Source: a bacterium
GTDB taxonomy: Bacteria > Zhuqueibacterota > Zhuqueibacteria > Residuimicrobiales > Krinioviventaceae
DNA: 64,000 bases
Assembly: GCA_963674595.2 (NCBI GenBank)
Contig: CAXXFV010000027.1
Coordinates: forward strand, 352,001-416,000
Direction: 5' to 3'
Below are positions 60,916 through 64,000 of the stretch, one piece after another. A program made the translations under genes and the position numbers. The number at the start of each line of letters is the position of its first letter. Positions within the stretch are counted from its first letter, which is position 1. The notes beneath the pieces were generated by a model. It made no database searches and had not been told where the DNA came from. It saw only the letters and a list, made by a program, of their open reading frames with translations.

Positions 60916-61878
60916 ATGAAAAAAGTAGTTTATCTATTTTTACTTTTCACACCTATTTTCGCCCAGTCACAACAATCCGACTTTCTCCACTTAAACAAAA
61001 TTATAGCCAGACTGGAAGCAAATCAAATTGCTTTGGGAACCTGGTGCAGCGCCCTCCATCCTTCAAATGCTGTCGGTATGATAGACTGTAATGGCTACCC
61101 CACTTTTGAAGAATCTCAAAACAAAGCGATGCTTGATTTTATACTCATCGATATGGAACATCAACCATTTGATATCAGCATGTTGAGAAATTATTTGTTG
61201 GCATTAAATTCAAAGCGTGAGGTTGCCGCCAAAGGCAATTTGCAGCCTAATATTGCAACTCTTGTTAGGATTCCTGCAGACGGCAACCAACCAGTTCATG
61301 CAATGATAAAACAAGTTTTGGATATAGGTGTTCATGGAGTTGTTGTTCCACATGTACAAAATGCTCAGGAAGCTAAAAAAGTTATCAGTGCTTGCCGTTA
61401 TGTTCAAACAAAAAGTTCAAAATATTCTTATCCGCAGGGAACAAGAGGAGCATCTCCCTGGCTGGCCTCTTATCTGTGGGGACTTTCATTACCGGATTAT
61501 GTTGCCAGGGCAGATGTTTGGCCTTTGAATCCTGATGGAGATATTATGGCAATTTTGATGATAGAAGATATTGCCGGTGTAGAAAATATTAAAGAGATAT
61601 TAAAGGTTCCCGGAATAGGAGCGATTATTTTCGGGCCCTATGATTTTAGTTTTTATGCAGGTTGCCCCGGAGAAACAACCAACAAGACTGTGGTACAAAG
61701 TTGGCAAATTATTAAAAAAGCTTGCGACGAAGCAAACGTTCCGCTCATTGGCTTTGCAAATGAAAACAATATAGATGAAAAATTAAAAGAAAATTATAAA
61801 ATGATATTGGCGGGTCACGATGTTCGGAATAACGGTACGTTCCCGCAAGTCCTAAAAGCAGTTCAAAAAACATATTAA
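60916..61878 (+). CDS. HpcH/HpaI aldolase/citrate lyase family protein with N-terminal signal peptide
   Basis: DFILIDMEH, LVRIP, VLDIGVHGVVVPHV, MIED and IFGPYDFS motifs; AAGGAG RBS. Confidence 0.85.
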   Translation: MKKVVYLFLLFTPIFAQSQQSDFLHLNKIIARLEANQIALGTWCSALHPSNAVGMIDCNGYPTFEESQNKAMLDFILIDMEHQPFDISMLRNYLLALNSKREVAAKGNLQPNIATLVRIPADGNQPVHAMIKQVLDIGVHGVVVPHVQNAQEAKKVISACRYVQTKSSKYSYPQGTRGASPWLASYLWGLSLPDYVARADVWPLNPDGDIMAILMIEDIAGVENIKEILKVPGIGAIIFGPYDFSFYAGCPGETTNKTVVQSWQIIKKACDEANVPLIGFANENNIDEKLKENYKMILAGHDVRNNGTFPQVLKAVQKTY

Positions 61879-61917
61879 ATACATAATAATTTTCTCAATT
61901 ATACATACAATTCCTGA

Positions 61918-61946
61918 TTGAAATTATATATAAAGTGTGTTATATT
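61918..61946 (+). promoter_or_regulatory. Sigma70-type promoter for hairpin copy 1
   Basis: TTGAAA-17 bp-TATATT with TG extended -10. Confidence 0.65.
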
Positions 61947-61951
61947 TAATC

Positions 61952-62021
61952 AGATTTAAACGAGCATCACCCCCGGCGACGGCGACCCCCCTAAGTCGTT
62001 GCTGAGATGCTCGTTTTTTTT
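61952..62021 (+). ncRNA. Candidate C-rich small RNA, copy 1
   Basis: Core 61961-62013 folds as a two-stem hairpin with an ACCCC bulge and GACCCCCCUAA loop; U8 tail; upstream promoter. Start inferred. Confidence 0.65.
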
Positions 62022-62073
62022 ATGTCTTAAAGATTCAGAAATTTCCTGACGTATAAATACAAGGTTCTCCCTA

Positions 62074-62107
62074 TTGTTTTGATTGATATAAAGTTTTACC
62101 TTATACT
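62074..62107 (+). promoter_or_regulatory. Sigma70-type promoter(s) for hairpin copy 2
   Basis: TTGATT(62079)-17-TATACT(62102), overlapping TTGTTT(62074)-17-TACCTT(62097). Confidence 0.6.
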
Positions 62108-62108
62108 A

Positions 62109-62183
62109 GTTAATTTGATTTAACGAGCATCACCCCCGGTGACGGTGACCCCCCTAAGCCGTTGCTGAGATGCTCGTTTTTTT
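62109..62183 (+). ncRNA. Candidate C-rich small RNA, copy 2
   Basis: Core 62124-62176; three substitutions versus copy 1, all keep pairing; U7 tail. Start inferred. Confidence 0.65.
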
Positions 62184-62263
62184 ATGTTAATATGTCTATA
62201 AAAATAAAAATTTATATTTTTTAATTAAGAAAATTCCTTACGTAAAATTACACATTTTCCCTA

Positions 62264-62292
62264 TTGTTTTATTTAATAAAGAGTTGTATATT
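62264..62292 (+). promoter_or_regulatory. Sigma70-type promoter for hairpin copy 3
   Basis: TTGTTT-17 bp-TATATT. Confidence 0.6.
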
Positions 62293-62297
62293 TAATT

Positions 62298-62376
62298 AGT
62301 TAATTTGATTTGTCGAGCATCACCCCCGGTGACGGTGACCCCCCTAAGCCGTTGCTGAGATGCTCGACTTTTTTTT
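62298..62376 (+). ncRNA. Candidate C-rich small RNA, copy 3
   Basis: Core 62314-62366 identical to copy 2; closing pairs changed AA/TT to GT/AC (compensatory); U8 tail. Start inferred. Confidence 0.65.
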
Positions 62377-62508
62377 GCCCTTCTTATATTTAACTTCTTT
62401 TTTTATTCTTTAGAATTTCGTACTTTTCAAAACAGGTCATACGGAAATGGAGACTCATTTTCTAAAATTAAGTATAGTCTCAAAACTTAATTAAAAAAGG
62501 ATATTCAC

Positions 62509-62697
62509 GTGTCCACAATTATCCCTAAAGGTGAAAAAACAAGACGTGCCGTAAAATGGATTTCGGAACAAAGTAAAAACTCTGACAAAGATACGAAAAC
62601 ACTTGTAGCCTCGGCAATTTCGATGTTTGATCTGAATCCATTCGAATCGGAAACGCTTTACCATTTTTACAAAGATACTACAAATTCCAGCGAATAA
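62509..62697 (+). CDS. Small helical hypothetical protein (62 aa)
   Basis: GTG start after AAAGGA; protein-like composition (KGEKTRRAVKWISEQ...FDLNP); stop lies 1 nt before the next ATG. Confidence 0.7.
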   Translation: MSTIIPKGEKTRRAVKWISEQSKNSDKDTKTLVASAISMFDLNPFESETLYHFYKDTTNSSE

Positions 62698-62698
62698 T

Positions 62699-64000
62699 AT
62701 GTTACTGATTTATCCACCTGTTGCCAAACCTGCTGAAGCTCCGGCGGGACTTGCACAATTATCCGGTGTTTTCAAGAGCACAAGCCATAAACTTATCGAT
62801 GCCAACATTGAAGGTCTCTGCTACCTGCTGAACAAACAATATCCACCGGAAAACGCACGCCACAAAATGGCACTTCACAATTTGCATAAAAATCTGGAAT
62901 CAATTCAAAATATTAAAACATACTTACCTATTCATCATTATAACCGAATCGTTAAAGATTTAAGTCGAATTTTACAGTATCATGGATTAAAATATAATAC
63001 AAGACTGGGATTATCTTCTTTTAAACATACACATCTGACCCCGGCTAAAAGCACCGACCTGCTTTATTCAGCAGAACATCCTGAAGAAAATGTTTTTTAT
63101 CCTTATTTTCGGGAAAAGATCATCCTTGAAATTGAAAAGCAGCAGCCGGAAACGGTTTGCATTTCCATCATTTATCTTGACCAAGCTCTAACCGCCTTTG
63201 CGTTAATCGGAACAATAAAAAAAACGATGCCCTGGATCAAAATAATTATTGGCGGTGGTCTTGTCACTTCATGGATGAGCCAGCCAACATGGAACAACCC
63301 ATTTCACGGTTTGATCGATCATATCGTTTCCGGGCCGGGAGAACAATTTTTACGGGACTATTGTCATATATCAGAAAGCCCGACCCATGTTACACCGGAC
63401 TATTCACAGTTAAAAAATATAAATTACTTTTCACCGGGGTTTATTCTCCCCTATTCAACATCTACCGGCTGTTACTGGAAAAAGTGCACATTTTGTCCGG
63501 AAACAACAGAGCAAAATCCCTATAAACCAAAAGACAACAAAAAGATAATTCAGGACCTGATAAAATTTAAAGAACTAAAGCCGGTGCTGCTGCACTTTTT
63601 AGACAATGCCCTCAGTCCCAATTTTCTGGAATTCCTGATTAATGCAGACATAAAAATTCCCTGGTACGGATATGTAAGGTTTACGGAAAAATTACTTGAA
63701 AGGGATTTTTGTTTCAAACTTGCACAGTCCGGTTGTGTTATGCTGCAACTTGGACTGGAATCCGGCAGCCAGACTGTTCTGGACCGGTTACAAAAGGGAA
63801 TAAACCTGGAACAGGTAACAATAATCCTGAAAAATTTAAAAAACGCAGGTATTGGTACATACGTGTATTTTTTATTTGGCACACCGTATGAAAGTTACGA
63901 TGAGGCGCAGAAAACATTGCACTTTATTCAAAATCATTTTGAATATATAGATTTTATGAATCCTGCGCTGTTTAATTTACCAAAATTCAGTAAAGATGTT
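62699..64000 (+). CDS. Cobalamin-binding-type radical SAM protein, truncated by window end (not in ORF track)
   Basis: Read by hand: ATG 62699, MLLIYPPVAKPAEAPAGLA...; IIIGGG; STGCYWKKCTFCPE (CxxxCxxC, 63470-63496, in frame); later HFLDNA, GCVMLQLGLESGS and YFLFGTP. Confidence 0.88.
   Translation, partial: MLLIYPPVAKPAEAPAGLAQLSGVFKSTSHKLIDANIEGLCYLLNKQYPPENARHKMALHNLHKNLESIQNIKTYLPIHHYNRIVKDLSRILQYHGLKYNTRLGLSSFKHTHLTPAKSTDLLYSAEHPEENVFYPYFREKIILEIEKQQPETVCISIIYLDQALTAFALIGTIKKTMPWIKIIIGGGLVTSWMSQPTWNNPFHGLIDHIVSGPGEQFLRDYCHISESPTHVTPDYSQLKNINYFSPGFILPYSTSTGCYWKKCTFCPETTEQNPYKPKDNKKIIQDLIKFKELKPVLLHFLDNALSPNFLEFLINADIKIPWYGYVRFTEKLLERDFCFKLAQSGCVMLQLGLESGSQTVLDRLQKGINLEQVTIILKNLKNAGIGTYVYFLFGTPYESYDEAQKTLHFIQNHFEYIDFMNPALFNLPKFSKDV

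Noticed and set aside
62108-62140. Minus-strand GGGGGTGATG mini-ORFs within the repeats
   Set aside because: Only a few codons, not conserved beyond the stem; G-U pairing and promoters favour the + strand.
61961-62366. Three repeats as a CRISPR array or type III toxin-antitoxin repeat array
   Set aside because: Repeats are 53 nt with 110- and 137-nt spacers that resemble each other and contain promoters; no cas or ToxN-like gene in the window.
61961-62366. Repeats as mere rho-independent terminators, tRNAs or riboswitches
   Set aside because: Copies 2 and 3 have no gene to terminate; loops and bulges are invariant; no cloverleaf; no aptamer or alternative fold that I recognise. Copy 1 may double as the aldolase terminator.
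62509-62697. 62-aa ORF as a RiPP precursor for the radical SAM
   Set aside because: Looks like a small helical protein with no leader/core pattern; no peptidase or exporter seen nearby, though the window ends soon after.
63271-63891. ORFs 63271-63525, 63550-63882 and 63709-63891
   Set aside because: They lie within the radical SAM CDS in other frames or on the other strand.

Overview
About 59 kb of this window (1-59017) is one co-directional minus-strand carbohydrate-utilisation gene cluster. The organism looks like a non-Bacteroidota FCB-group bacterium (KSB1/Calditrichota-like). This is an inference from 'QNYPNPFNP...KMVLVK' secretion tails, PorV-like barrels, canonical AGGAG RBSs and sigma70-type promoters. 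The cluster holds two paralogous SusD-less import cassettes (TonB-dependent receptor, ~1100-aa C-tail-bearing partner, PorV/PorQ-like barrel, parvulin PPIase). It also encodes GH36/GH38/GH92 enzymes, several unassigned glycosidase folds, three phosphoesterases, two Na+/solute symporters, and a secreted protein gene with a ~99% identical 1.37-kb internal duplication and a 1-bp frameshift. A membrane-anchored regulator and a signal-peptide-bearing HpcH/HpaI aldolase are transcribed divergently. The most striking unexplained element is at 61918-62376: three tandem copies of a 53-nt C-rich hairpin, each with its own 17-bp-spaced -35/-10 promoter and U-tail, and with structure-preserving and compensatory substitutions. 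This is a candidate new multicopy sRNA family, lying upstream of a small protein and a B12-binding radical SAM gene. All family calls are from motif recognition by eye; no database searches were run.
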